From positions 192,001 through 256,000 of the forward strand of contig CAVVPN010000004.1 in the NCBI GenBank assembly GCA_963750165.1: DNA of 64,000 nucleotides, in the 5' to 3' direction. Source of the DNA: an uncultured Gemmataceae bacterium (GTDB taxonomy: Bacteria; Planctomycetota; Planctomycetia; Gemmatales; Gemmataceae). Both the position numbers and the translations under genes were made by a program. Positions 52,901 to 64,000 of the stretch are shown here, piece by piece. Every line of letters begins with the position of its first letter. The stretch's first letter is position 1. Below the pieces are notes generated by a model. It was not told the origin of the DNA and searched no databases. It saw only the letters and a list, made by a program, of their open reading frames with translations.

Positions 52901-55900
52901 ATGTTTTCATTCTCCAGCAACATCGGCTCGATCGCATTCGGGCAATCCGGCACCGCGCTGGCCGATCTGCTGTTCGTCACGCACACGAATGACGAGAACC
53001 CCAGCGCCAGCAACTCCCTGACCATGATCGACCTGGTCACGCTCCAGCAAGTTACCCTGGCCAGTGGGGGCACGCGCGGTTACCTGGTGACCACGTCGAG
53101 CGACGGCCGGGTCTTCGTCAGCCAATCGCACCAGGTGGACGTCCTCAGCCCGATTGAGCCGCCGCTGGTGACCAGCACCAATCCGCCGCCGCAGTCGATC
53201 GTCGCCCTTCCCCTCGGCAGCGTCAGCGTTACCTTTGACGAGGACATGCTGGTAGGCCAGGCGAGCAACTCGCACTCAGTCCTCAATTCCGCCAACTACC
53301 AACTGATCGGCAGCCAGTCCGGCGCGGTGACCTTCACTTCCATCACCTACAACGCCACCAGCCGGACTGTGACCCTGAATTTCGACAGCCTGAATTCGGA
53401 CAACTACACACTGAATGTCCTCACGGGTGTCGAAAGCAGCGCCGGCCTGGAGCTTGCGCAGGAGTACACGACCACGTTCCAGGCCGTGTCCAATTTTTCG
53501 ACCTACGTCAACATCGGCTTCTCAGCAGGACGGGCCAACAACGTCACCCAGACCACGACCTACAACGTGGTAGTCACCAACCTGACCCAATTCAACCTGG
53601 TGGTGCCGCTGATCCTTTATGTCAACAGCCTGCAACCGACGACGGCCTCCGTGGAAGGCGGCATGCTGAATGTGCCCACGGGACAGTGGTGGCTCAATTT
53701 GAGCAGTTCGATCTCCGGGGGTGGCACCGTCCTGATCCCCGGAGGCTCCACGATTTCGGTGCCGTTCACCATTTACAACCCCGCCGGGGGCAAAATCAGC
53801 TTCAAGTCGGGCGTTTTTGCCATGCCGCTCAACAGCGTGGCTCCCGTGTTCACCTCGACGCCAATCACCAGCGCCACCGTGGGCAGCACCTACACGGACG
53901 TCGTCAGTGCCCATGATCCGAATGGCGGTTCGATCAGTTACGTTCTGGCCAGTGGCCCGCCCGGCATGAGCATCAATGCCACGAGCGGGCTCCTGACCTG
54001 GACGCCGACGTTGGCCAGCCAGGCACAGACGCCCGTGGTGGTGGAGGCGTACAACCAGCTGGGCGGACATGCCGCGCAGACCTTCGACATCGCGGTCAGC
54101 GGCGTCAATCCGCCGCCGGTATTCGCGCCGCTGGCGGCGCAGTTCACGGGCCAGCAAGGCCAGTCCTTGAGCATCCAGGTCAGCGCCAGCGATACGGACG
54201 GCGATTCCCTGACCTACTGGGCCGACAACCTGCCGTCCGGCGCCTCCTTCAACAGCTCGACGCAATCCTTGACCTGGAATCCGGGCACGGGCCAGGCCGG
54301 GACCTATCCCAACGTCAACTTCTTCGTCACCGACGGCTACAACCAGGTCATGGAATCGACGACCATCGTGATCGCGCCGACCCTTCAGGCCCCCACGCTG
54401 GCCACGCCCGAGGACCGCAGCGTCCTGGAGGGCGAGAACATCCATTTCACCCTCCAGGCTGCCGATCCGAACGGCCTGTCCCTTACCTATAGCAGCAGCC
54501 TGCTGCCCGGCGGCGCAGTCCTGGACCCGAACACCGGCGTCTTCGACTGGACCCCCGGCTACGATCAGCACGGCGTTTACCAGATACCGTTCACGGCCAG
54601 CGACGGCCAGCTGTCAACGACCGTGACCGCCACGTACACCGTTGTCAATGTGAACGCGCCGCCGGTTTTCAATGACCTGGGCTCCTGGTCCATTCCCGAA
54701 GGCCAGAATCTGGAGTTCCGCGCCTTCGCATTCGATCCCAACAACCCTGGCTACGTTCCGCAGGAGCAGGGGAGCGATGGCACCTTGACGCCTCCCCCGC
54801 CAGGCGACCCGTCGGCCACGATCACCTATACCGTCAGCGGCTTACCGAGCGGCGCGAGCTTTGATCCGCAAACGGACCTGTTCACCTGGACCCCCGCTTA
54901 CGGCGCGGCCGGCAACTACGTTGTCACCCTGACCGCGACCAACAACGGCGATGGTACCGGCACACCCAGGAGTGCCACGGTCCAGGTGCCCATCACCGTC
55001 CTCAAGACCTATCGAGCCCCGGAGCTGACCTTCATCAATAATCAGACCATTGATGAGGGGGCCACTCTGACCGTGCCGGTCCAGGCCACCGACCTCAACG
55101 GCGAGTCACTGACGCTGACGGCCGTCGGCCTGACGGCCTTCGGCACATTCGTTGACAACGGCAACGGCACCGGCCTGTTCACCTTCGCGCCGGGGCCGTA
55201 CGATCGCGGCAATACCACCATCACGATCACCGCCAGCGATGTCGGCGACGGCTTCGGTCCGGCCGCGGTCGAGTCAACCGCGCAGTCGTTCGTGGTGACG
55301 GTCAACAACCCGAGCTTGCCGCCGCAACTGGCCCCCATCGGCGGCAAGGTGGCGGTGGTCGGACAGCCGCTCCAGGTGACCGTGCAGGCGAGCGACGGCG
55401 ACCAGCAGCCCTTGACTTTTGCTGCGCTCGGCTTGCCCGGCACGGCCACCTTGACCCCCACCAGCGTCTATGGGCAAGCAGTCATCAACTGGACACCGAC
55501 CGCCGCCGATGTCGGCCGCTACACGGTACTCATCACGGTCACCAATGATGGCAACGGCAACCCCGTGCTGGTGCAAAGCGACCAGCAATCCTTCACGCTG
55601 GTGGTACGAACCAGCGATCAGGCGCCGATGTGGGTGCCGGCGACCAGTCCGACGCTGGCGGCAGGGCAGCCGCTGTCACTCCAGTTGCAAGCCATCGACC
55701 CGGACGGCGACCAGCTCACCTACTCGGCCAGCCACTTACCTCTCGGCGCCAGCCTCGATCCGCTGAGCGGGCTGTTGACCTGGACCCCCAGTCTGGTTCA
55801 GGCAGGCACCTATCCCGGTATTGTCCTCAGCGCCTCGGACGGCGACCTGACGGTGACACAGACCATCTCCATCAGCGTTACCAGGGTGAGCCAGGCCCCG

Positions 55901-58900
55901 CTGTTCATCCCACTGCAGCCCCAGTCAGGCCGCGAAGGGACCCAGATGCAGTTCAGCGTGGCGGCAGCGGATCCCAACGAACTGACGCCGACCTACAGCG
56001 TCGTATCGGGCCTGCCGGCAGGGGCCACCTTCGACACTTCCGCGGGACGTTTTCAGTGGGACCCCAATTACGGGCAGGCCGGCGATTATGTGGTCACCTT
56101 CGGCGCCAGCGACAGCACCGGACTGAGCAGCTCTTTGCCGGTCGAGATCGAGATCGACAGGACGTTCCGGGCGCCGACCCTGCAAGCGACCAACCACAGT
56201 GTCGTGGTCGGCCAGGCCTTCAGCTTTCAGCTCATCGGCACCGATCTCAACGCGGGCACCACCTTGACCTACTCGGCCATGGGCATGCCGGATGGAGCGA
56301 CCCTGAACCCGACGAGCGGCGTTTTCCAGTGGACACCGGGGCCGACACAGACCGGCGATTACGTGGTGCAGTTCACGGTATCGGATGGAACCCTGAGTGC
56401 CACCGAGCCGGTCGTCTTCCAGTCCACGATCAGCCCGGTCTTGCCGCAGGTGCTCGTGACCCTGACGCCCAGCTTCCCCGATGTGCCGGGTTCGCCCGTG
56501 CTGATCCACGTGACGGCGTCGAGCTTCGCTCCCATCGCCGGCAGGACGCTAAGCGTTAACGGCCAATCTCTGCCGCTGGACAGCCAGGGGCGGGCCAGCT
56601 ACACGCCGGCAGCGCCCGGCCAGTTCGCCATTAGCGCCACAGCGACCGACGGCGACGGCCTGGTCGGGCAGTACAGCACCGTCCTCAAAGTTCGCGACCC
56701 CAATGACACGGGATCCCCGGTCGTGACGTTGAGCCCAGGTTTGCAAAACGCCAGGCTGACGCAGCTCACCAGCATCGTCGGCGCCGTCAACGACACGAAC
56801 CTCGACTACTGGACGCTGGAGCTGGCGCCCAATGGCTCCAGCACGTTCACGACCCTGGCAAGCGGCACCACGTCGGTGGCCAGCAGCACCCTGGCTCAGC
56901 TTGATCCGACCACGCTGGCCAACGGTCCTTACCTGCTGGTGCTGACCGCCGCCAATATCAGCGGCAAGGTCACCACCGTCACCGATATGATCGAGATCGA
57001 CAGCACGTCGAAATCGACCCAGTACCTGACCACGGCCGTCGATCTCACCACGCAGCTGGGCGGCACCACCGTATCCCTGACCCGGCAGTATGACTCCCTG
57101 ATGGCGGCCCAGTCGGGCACCTTCGGCTACGGCTGGCGGCTGGCGAACACCGACGTTGACATCCAGACCAACGTCATGCTCACCGGCGCGGAAGCACAGG
57201 GCATCTATAATCCCTTCGCTGTCGGCACCCGCCTGTACCTGACGCTGCCCAGCGGCACCCGCGCCGGCTTCACTTTCGCTCCGGTGGCGCACCAGCAGAG
57301 TGGCGTGACCTACTACACGCCGGCCTGGACTGCCGACCCCGGCATCAACTACACGCTTAGCTCGGCCTACGACGTGATGCAGTTGGCGGTCACGCAGTTT
57401 TACGACCTGCGCACCGCCCAGCCGTACAACCCTGCCAGCGGCGCCTTCGCCGGCCCGCAATACACGCTCACCGGACCAGACGGGACGGTCTATTACCTGA
57501 GCACGCAGAACGGTGTGCAGCAAGAAGTCTTGCCGGGCGGGGCCACGCTCACGTTCAGCCAAAGCGGTATCGTCAACTCCACGGGCCAGTCCATCATCTT
57601 TGTCCATGATGCCCAGGGGCGCTTGACCACCGTGATCGCCCCCGACGGCACGCGTGTGGTGTACAGCTACGATGCCAACGGCAATCTGGTATCGGCCCGC
57701 AACATCACCCTGGGACAGGCCAACCAGTATGGCTATTCGAGCGGCAATCAGCATTTGCTGGAGTTGAACGTCCGGCCGGGCGGTCCGGACTACGCCATTC
57801 AGTATTCGCCCGCGCCCGCCGTCGCGCCGCTCGCGGACCTCGGGACCACCGGCCAGTTCCTGACCGCTCCCGCGGCGGGCACTCTGGCGTCAGGCACGAC
57901 CAATCGCTACGCCTTCGTGCTCACGCCGAGCGAACTGGGCGGCACCGCGTCGGGAACGGTGTTCCTTGGGGTTCAGGTAAAGGCCGCCGCGGGCAGCGGC
58001 CTGCAACCTGCCGTGCCGCAGATTCCGGGGATAACGCCGCGCTACAGCAGCACTTCGGCAGGCAGTGCTGTCGCCCTGTTCAACCTGAGTCAGGCCGGTT
58101 TGGAACTGCTCGATATCGCCGGCATTAACGCGACCACCGCCGGCGCCTATTCATTGACCCTGTTCATCGCCGGTGACGTCAATGGCGACGGTAACGTTGA
58201 TGCCGGCGACGCCCAGACATTGATGCAGGCTTTGGGAACCGCTGCCGGTCAGCCCAGCTACGTCCTGGGGGCCGATGCCAACCGCGACGGCGTCATCAAC
58301 TCGACCGACGCCGCCTTGCTGGCCGCCGACCTGGGTTTCCAGGCCACGAAGCCCCCAACGATCACGCCGGCCCAGGCCACGACCCACCTGAACCTGGCCG
58401 TCTCGATCGATCTGAGCCAGTACACCACGGATCCCCAGGGCCTGCCCACCTACTTCAGGATCATCAGCGCGCAGGCCGGACAGGCGCTGCTGCAGCCCGA
58501 CGGCCATACCGTTGTGTTTACGCCGGCCGCCGGCTACACCGGGCCTGCCAGCTTCCAGTTCCAGGCGGATGACGGCTATGGCACGTCGGCGCCGGCCACC
58601 GTGTCCATCACCATCAGCTCGGCGCCGTTGATCCGTCTGGATTTCGCCCAGCGCAACCCGCGCCTCAACCCCGGCGACGTGCAACAGATCTCCGTGACCG
58701 GCGATTTTGCCGACCAGAACGGCGTAGCGCTGCCGGCATCCTACGTGACCTTCCAGTCCACGGACCCGTCGGTTTTCTCGGTAACGGCGACAGGGCAGCT
58801 CACCGCGGTCGCCGACGGCACGGCTGTTTTGCTCGTTTCCACTCAGGGGCTTCAGGCCGCCACCGCCGTCGCGGTCGGCTATGCGCCGACGAGCAACAAC

Positions 58901-61900
58901 GAGCAATTGCTCTACGGACAGGGCCTGACGACCTCCCTCGCCGCCGAGACCCTCGCCGCCCATATCGGCTCGCACCAGCTCGACGTCAGCATCACCGGCA
59001 CGCAAATCGACATCAGCGCCGCCAGCACCGGCACGCTCTACTATGTCAGCAACCCGCAGGTCATCCAGGTTAGCCCGGACGGCATGGTGACCGCCGGCGA
59101 TGACGGCACCGCCACGATCACGGTCATCAATGGCCCGGCGGAAGCAGTAGTCCCCGTTATCGTTCAGGATCCACAGGCGGGGACGGTGACGGTTGGCGCC
59201 AGCGGAGCAGTTGTCAAAGGCAGCGACGGCTCGCTCGTGATGGTGGCGCCCGGCTCGGTCACGGGAACGACGCCCATCAGTATTGGTCCGGTGAGCCAGG
59301 CCAGCCTGCCCATGGCGGTGCCGGCCCCTATCCAGTTCTTTGGCGCCTTCGATTTCGACACCGGTGGCCAGACGCTGGCCCATCCCGTGCAAGTGATCGT
59401 GCCCGCCCCAGCCGGCGCGGTCGTCGGCACAGAGGTCTACTTCTACCGTGCCGGCACGCTGCCCGATGCCAACGGCAACCCGCAGCCGATCTGGCTCGAG
59501 TCCGAAGTCGGCAAGGTTGAGGCGGACGGCTTCGTGCACACGACCTCCATCAACGACATCGTGATCCCCGGCACCTACTTGTATGGCTCGGGAGACGACT
59601 TTGCCGAGATGGACGGCAGCGTGGGACTCGGGTCCGCCTTCGATGGTGCTTTCGCGATCCTGGACGCCGAAGGCTTCGGGGTCGAATCCCCTGATCCCTC
59701 GTTCAGCATGGATGTGCCTCAGGGAACCCCGAGCCTGACGCTGGAAGCGATCCCCGTCGCCGGTCCACCGACGCTCACGCCGCTCACCGTGAACATTACG
59801 GCGGGGCAAAACACCATTGACCCCACTGCCAATTTGCCGGCCTTTAGTTCGGCAAAGCCGCAGATCACGGGCCTGAGCCTCGACCTGTCTACCCCCCAGC
59901 AACCGAAGCTGACGATTACCGGAACAAACTTCGGCACCTCGAACGACACGGTTACCGTCTTCTTCCAGGTCGGCGGCCTCGACACCGTCCCCTTGCAACT
60001 CGGCGGCCAGGACGCCTACGCCCAGGCCACCGTGATCAGCTCGACGCAGATCACGGTGACGGTACCGAATACGATCGCACTGGGCACGGCCCAGATCTCG
60101 GTCATCCGCAATGTGTTTGGTACGGGAAAGGATATCCGCACCAGCAATGCCGTTACCATGCCCTTGAACGGCGGCTACACCTATGTCACCCAGCGCATCA
60201 ACAACGCCCTGGCCGTCGTTGACTCCAACAACAACATTGTCGCCAACATTCCCTTGACAATCGGCGACCCGCAGTACGTGGCCGTCACCCCCGATAACAG
60301 CCGCGCTTACGTGACCTGTCTCCCTTTCTCCGGCACGGGCGGCGTGGCCGTCGTGGACACGATCGACATGCAGCAGATCGGCGTGATCCCGCTTGTCGGC
60401 AACGCCAATCCCAAACCCTTCCAGATCGTCATCGATCACGCCGGCAAGTACGCCTATGTCACCGACTATACGTCCGCCACCATCTACATCCTTGACGTGG
60501 ATCCCACATCCAACACCTATGACACCTGCGTTCGCACGGTCATGAATGTGACTCCGAGCCAGTTCGGCCTGCGCGGCCTGGACATCACGCAGGACGGCAA
60601 GCGCCTGTATGTGGCCGAAGCGAATCGACCGGACCTGAGCTTGACAACGTCTCCGACTGCCAACGGGAGCATCCTCGTCATCGATCTCGACCCGACCAGC
60701 AAAACGCACTGGCAGCAGATCGGCTCGCTCGCCGCCGCCCAGGATCCCTATGCCGTCCGCGCCACCGCCAACCCCCAGGTGATGCTGTTCACCAACTTCC
60801 TGTCGGACAGCAGCGGCTTCAACATGATCGTCAACGCGGAATTGGCCAATCCGATGGTCGAGCCGTATTCGCTGACCATCGCCAATACGCCTGAGACCGG
60901 TCCCGACAGCGCCATCGAGAACCCCTTCGGCGTCCACAACGCCATGGATGTCGCGATCACGCCTGACGGCATGTACGCCTTTGTCGCCGGCTTCAACACG
61001 CCCGACGAAGATGTGCCGAGCAAGAACCAGGAGGTGCCGCCGGACAACCCCGCCGGCAGCAACATCGGCATCTTCGAGTTCAAGAGCCCGTATCAATCGC
61101 CCCAGTTGGTGGCCGCCACCCGCTCCATTCCCGACAGCTATATCATGTCCCTGGCAGTGTCTCCCGACGGCCAGTACCTGTATGCCCAGTACCCCGGCGT
61201 GGCGACCGACGCGGGCGGCGGCGCCCTCTTCGTCTACAACATCCCGGCCATCGAAAGTGCCGTCAATAATCCGGCGGTGACTCCCCTTCTCACGGAGTTC
61301 GGCGTCGATGACATCGACCCGAACACTGGACTGCACACGGCCCAGGACAGCAGCTATACCGTGCAGCACAATGAGCAGATCGACACACACGCCGCCTACG
61401 GCGAACTCAATGACAACCCTTTCACGAACAATATCGATTTCGGTATTTACGACCCGGCGCAGGCCCCGCTGCCCCTCGGCGGCCTGCCGCGCGGCCTGAC
61501 CACTCAGAGCTTTCCTTTCACCGTGTCCGACGCCTCGGGGGACGACAGCCCGCAGACGGTCTTCCGGGACGGCGCCCTCCAGGTCAGCTACAACTTTTCC
61601 GGGCTCACCGCCTCGTTCCAAAGCGCGACCATCCAGGCCCTGCAGAACGGCCTCGTGGTCGCCAACCTGGACGTCTTCACAGGTGCCGTCGCCTCCAACA
61701 TACTTGTCAATCTTGACGGCATGGCCACACCACTTGCCGGCGGCGATTACGAACTGCGCGCGGTGGCCCAGCTCACCAACGGCACCACCTTCACAACGGC
61801 GCAACAGCCCATGACCGTCTTGACCGTCGAAGGCCCGTTCACGGGTACCTACACGACCCACACCTTTGTCTACAATGAGCCGGCAGGCACCGGGACTGTC

Positions 61901-64000
61901 TTCTATGCCGCGGGCGGCACCGACACCCTCGACCTGAACCTGGACCGTAGCGCGATTGCCAGTCTCGACGGCCAGCCGTTGGCCCAGTTCAATCAGAATA
62001 TCCACGACTCGATCACGAGCCAGGCCATTTATCACGGCAGTGCCTACGACTACCTGCGGCTGACCGACGGCCGCGAGATTTATTTCCAGGGCATCGACAC
62101 CCTGCAATTCCTTTTCGGTGATACCTTGCAATTGCAGGTGCTGCCGAGTGAGAACGTGCAGCCCCCAAACCAGCCGAGCCAGATCAGAGACATCACTCAG
62201 ATGTCCGGTGATGAGACGAATGGGCAGATCGCCGTCAATCCCATGAATCCGACTCAGCTTTTCATGGCCTCCGAGAGCAGCACACACAGGGGTCTGGTCG
62301 TCGCCACGAGTACGGACGGCGGCAACACCTGGACCACTTCGATTATGTTCGACGGCACCACCAGGGATGCCGTGACAAATGAGTTTCTGCCGACTGCCTA
62401 TGGGCAACCCAGCGTGGCGTGGGATGGCTTCGGGAATCTGTTCTTGATTTACATGGACGGGCCGCTCGAAGCCGCGCTACTGGAAAGCAGCGACGGCGGT
62501 AATAGCTTCGCGCTTCGGACGCAGAACGCTTCTTTTACCGTTTCCCTGGGCACCGCGACGGGCGGCACTTTCACACTCAGCTACGCCGAGGAGTCTACCG
62601 ATCCCATTACCTACAGCCCTTCGTTGACGGCGGCTGCGGTTAAAGACGCTCTCGTCAAGGTCCTGATGCTCTTCGGCGCCGGCGAGAATGACGTTGCCGT
62701 CACGGGCCCCAACGGCGGCCCTTATCAGGTTACCTTCCAGAACATGCTCGGCGGAACTCCGGAGTTATTTTCCGGCTCCGGTGACGAGCTTAGCGGTGGA
62801 ACTTTGACTGTCACGCCCACGGCGATCGGCGGCCCGGACATCTGGCTCGCCAGCGATCTGCCCAAGGTCGCCGTCGGGGGCAACTCGGTCTGGGTCTCGT
62901 GGACGAAGGGGAACGTCATCGATGCCACCGGTGCTGCCGTGACCGGGCCACTGGCGGCGAACAGTCCGCTCGTCTTCGTCCCCCCTTCGGATATACCCCT
63001 ACCCCACCTGCCGCCCCACATCCTCCCTGACTACAGCAACATTGCCGTCGGCCCGAGCGGTCAGGTACTGGTTTCCTTCCAGGATACCAACCCAGCCGAC
63101 CCCGCTGCCATCTATACGTCCCTGAACAGCTCCGGTCTCGGCGCCTTGCCCTTAGGCGCGACCAACCGCTTTGCCACCGCGATCGTGGCAGCGAACACCC
63201 ATGTTAACCCCAACTACAGCATTCCGGCTTTGCCGACGGGTCCGAACCCAACGACCCCGCCTTTTGGCATCAACGCCGGCGGCCAGGTGGCTTTCGACCC
63301 TAGCGGACGTGCCTACGTCGTTTACGTTAACAATACTTCCATTGGTACAACCAGTCCCCATCCCAACGATACGGACATCTTTGTGAAAACCTCCACCAAT
63401 GGAGGTCAGACGTGGACTTCTATGCCAGTGGTGGTAAATGACGATTCGACCTTCAACAGTCAGGTCTGGCCGAGCATCGCCGTCGATCCCACTACCGGCC
63501 ACATCGGCGTTTTCTGGTATGACGACAGCAACGATCCTAACCAGGTGCTGCTGCAGCCCTACGCCGCCGTCAGCAGCGACGGGGGACAAACGTTCGGGAG
63601 AAACATCCAGATTTCGACCGGCTACACCAATGGCGTCGGCCATACTTTTGGCGTCGGTCTTTACTCGGGGCTGGCTTTCTATGGCGGCATCTTGCACCCC
63701 GTGTGGGCGGACAATTCCAACAGCACAGCCGCCAACACCCCCCCGATGATCAATCCGGACGGCGCCGGCGCAGGACTGGACATCTATACGGTTGCGCTTC
63801 CGGAGAACGCGGCGCCCGTTCTCGGGACTCCGGCCTTCCCCACCCAGTGGAACCTCTTCGTCACCGGCGTGCCCGATGCCTGGCGCTTCACCACCGGCTC
63901 CAGCGATGTGCTCCTCGTCTCCCTCGACACCGGCATCCCGTCGTTGCCCACGGGAACGGGCGGCGACGATCTGAGTCAAACCCGCGTGCTCACGTACACG
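37980..64000 (+). CDS. Giant modular extracellular protein or adhesin (>8,600 aa, incomplete); one apparent -1 frameshift at ~43275
   Basis: RBS GGAGG; N-terminal RPLLERLEPRVNPS (planctomycete LEPR-type motif). After ~43275 the -1 frame continues the same domain (PSQAGTYTVVASFAGSTDY), and the same frame reads as protein at the window end. Domains by eye: 237-aa G/S/T/N repeats, PPC, MBG-like, ~15 CARDB-like, Fn3-like, propeller, ~9 He_PIG/cadherin-like, YD segment, dockerin, Big_2, IPT, YVTN propeller, Asp-box region. Confidence 0.9.
38375..42226 (+). repeat. 711-bp (237-aa) near-identical coding tandem repeat, about 5.4 copies
   Basis: Antisense ORF boundaries recur at 38909, 39620, 40331, 41042 and 41753 (spacing 711); copies differ by only a few substitutions. 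Confidence 0.97.
43645..49730 (+). other. Array of about 15 CARDB-like Ig domains within the giant protein
   Basis: Recurrent (P/A)DLxV..V...V.WTVTN.G...W.D.VYLS.D units at ~400-bp spacing, diverged at DNA level. Confidence 0.8.
53840..56430 (+). other. About 9 putative Ig (He_PIG/cadherin-like) repeats within the giant protein
   Basis: AP.F...A.D.DGD.LTY...LP.GA..DP.TG.F.WTP motif repeated. Confidence 0.8.
58170..58340 (+). other. Dockerin-like duplicated Ca-binding loops within the giant protein
   Basis: GDVNGDGNVDAGD ... ADANRDGVINSTD. Confidence 0.75.

Noticed and set aside
57030..58340. Polymorphic RHS toxin or cellulosome assignment for the giant protein
   Set aside because: No RHS core terminus, toxin tip, immunity gene or cohesin is visible; the C-terminus lies outside the window.
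58151..62407. 1418-aa minus-strand ORF and other long antisense ORFs across 38-64 kb
   Set aside because: Shadows of the GC3-biased giant gene; no recognisable motifs.

Overview
High-GC bacterial DNA whose gene content (ECF sigma/Ser-Thr kinase pair, LEPR-type exoprotein, PEP-CTERM protein, Uma2) points to a planctomycete, probably Gemmataceae-like; this taxonomy is inference. Bases 1-32.4 kb are backbone: a TPR exoprotein, a GldA/F/G-like ABC operon with a DUF4340 protein, def-fmt-rsmB, Uma2 and a 2OG-Fe(II) oxygenase, miaB-glnE, an orphan histidine kinase with a partner membrane protein, an FGGY kinase, an amidohydrolase, and a PuuD-like/AnmK-like pair that both appear to lack key catalytic residues. 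Bases 32.6-64 kb are an accessory surface-protein locus. An ECF sigma factor, a Ser/Thr kinase-WD40 protein and a PEP-CTERM protein run leftwards. A giant modular exoprotein (>8,600 aa, running off the window) runs rightwards and contains about 5.4 near-identical 711-bp repeats, about 15 CARDB-like units, Ig repeats, a truncated RHS/YD segment, a dockerin and propellers. The most notable signals are: (1) a 39-bp inverted repeat (37/39 identical) bracketing the ECF gene and pointing at both the kinase and the giant gene; (2) several families of short palindromic or periodic repeats, two of them translated in-frame inside glnE and one flanked by a 29-bp duplication; (3) a three-copy ~69-bp dispersed element with 9-bp periodicity; (4) seven apparent 1-2 bp frameshifts in G/C runs, which may be sequencing errors. 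No rRNA, tRNA, CRISPR array or transposase was recognised.
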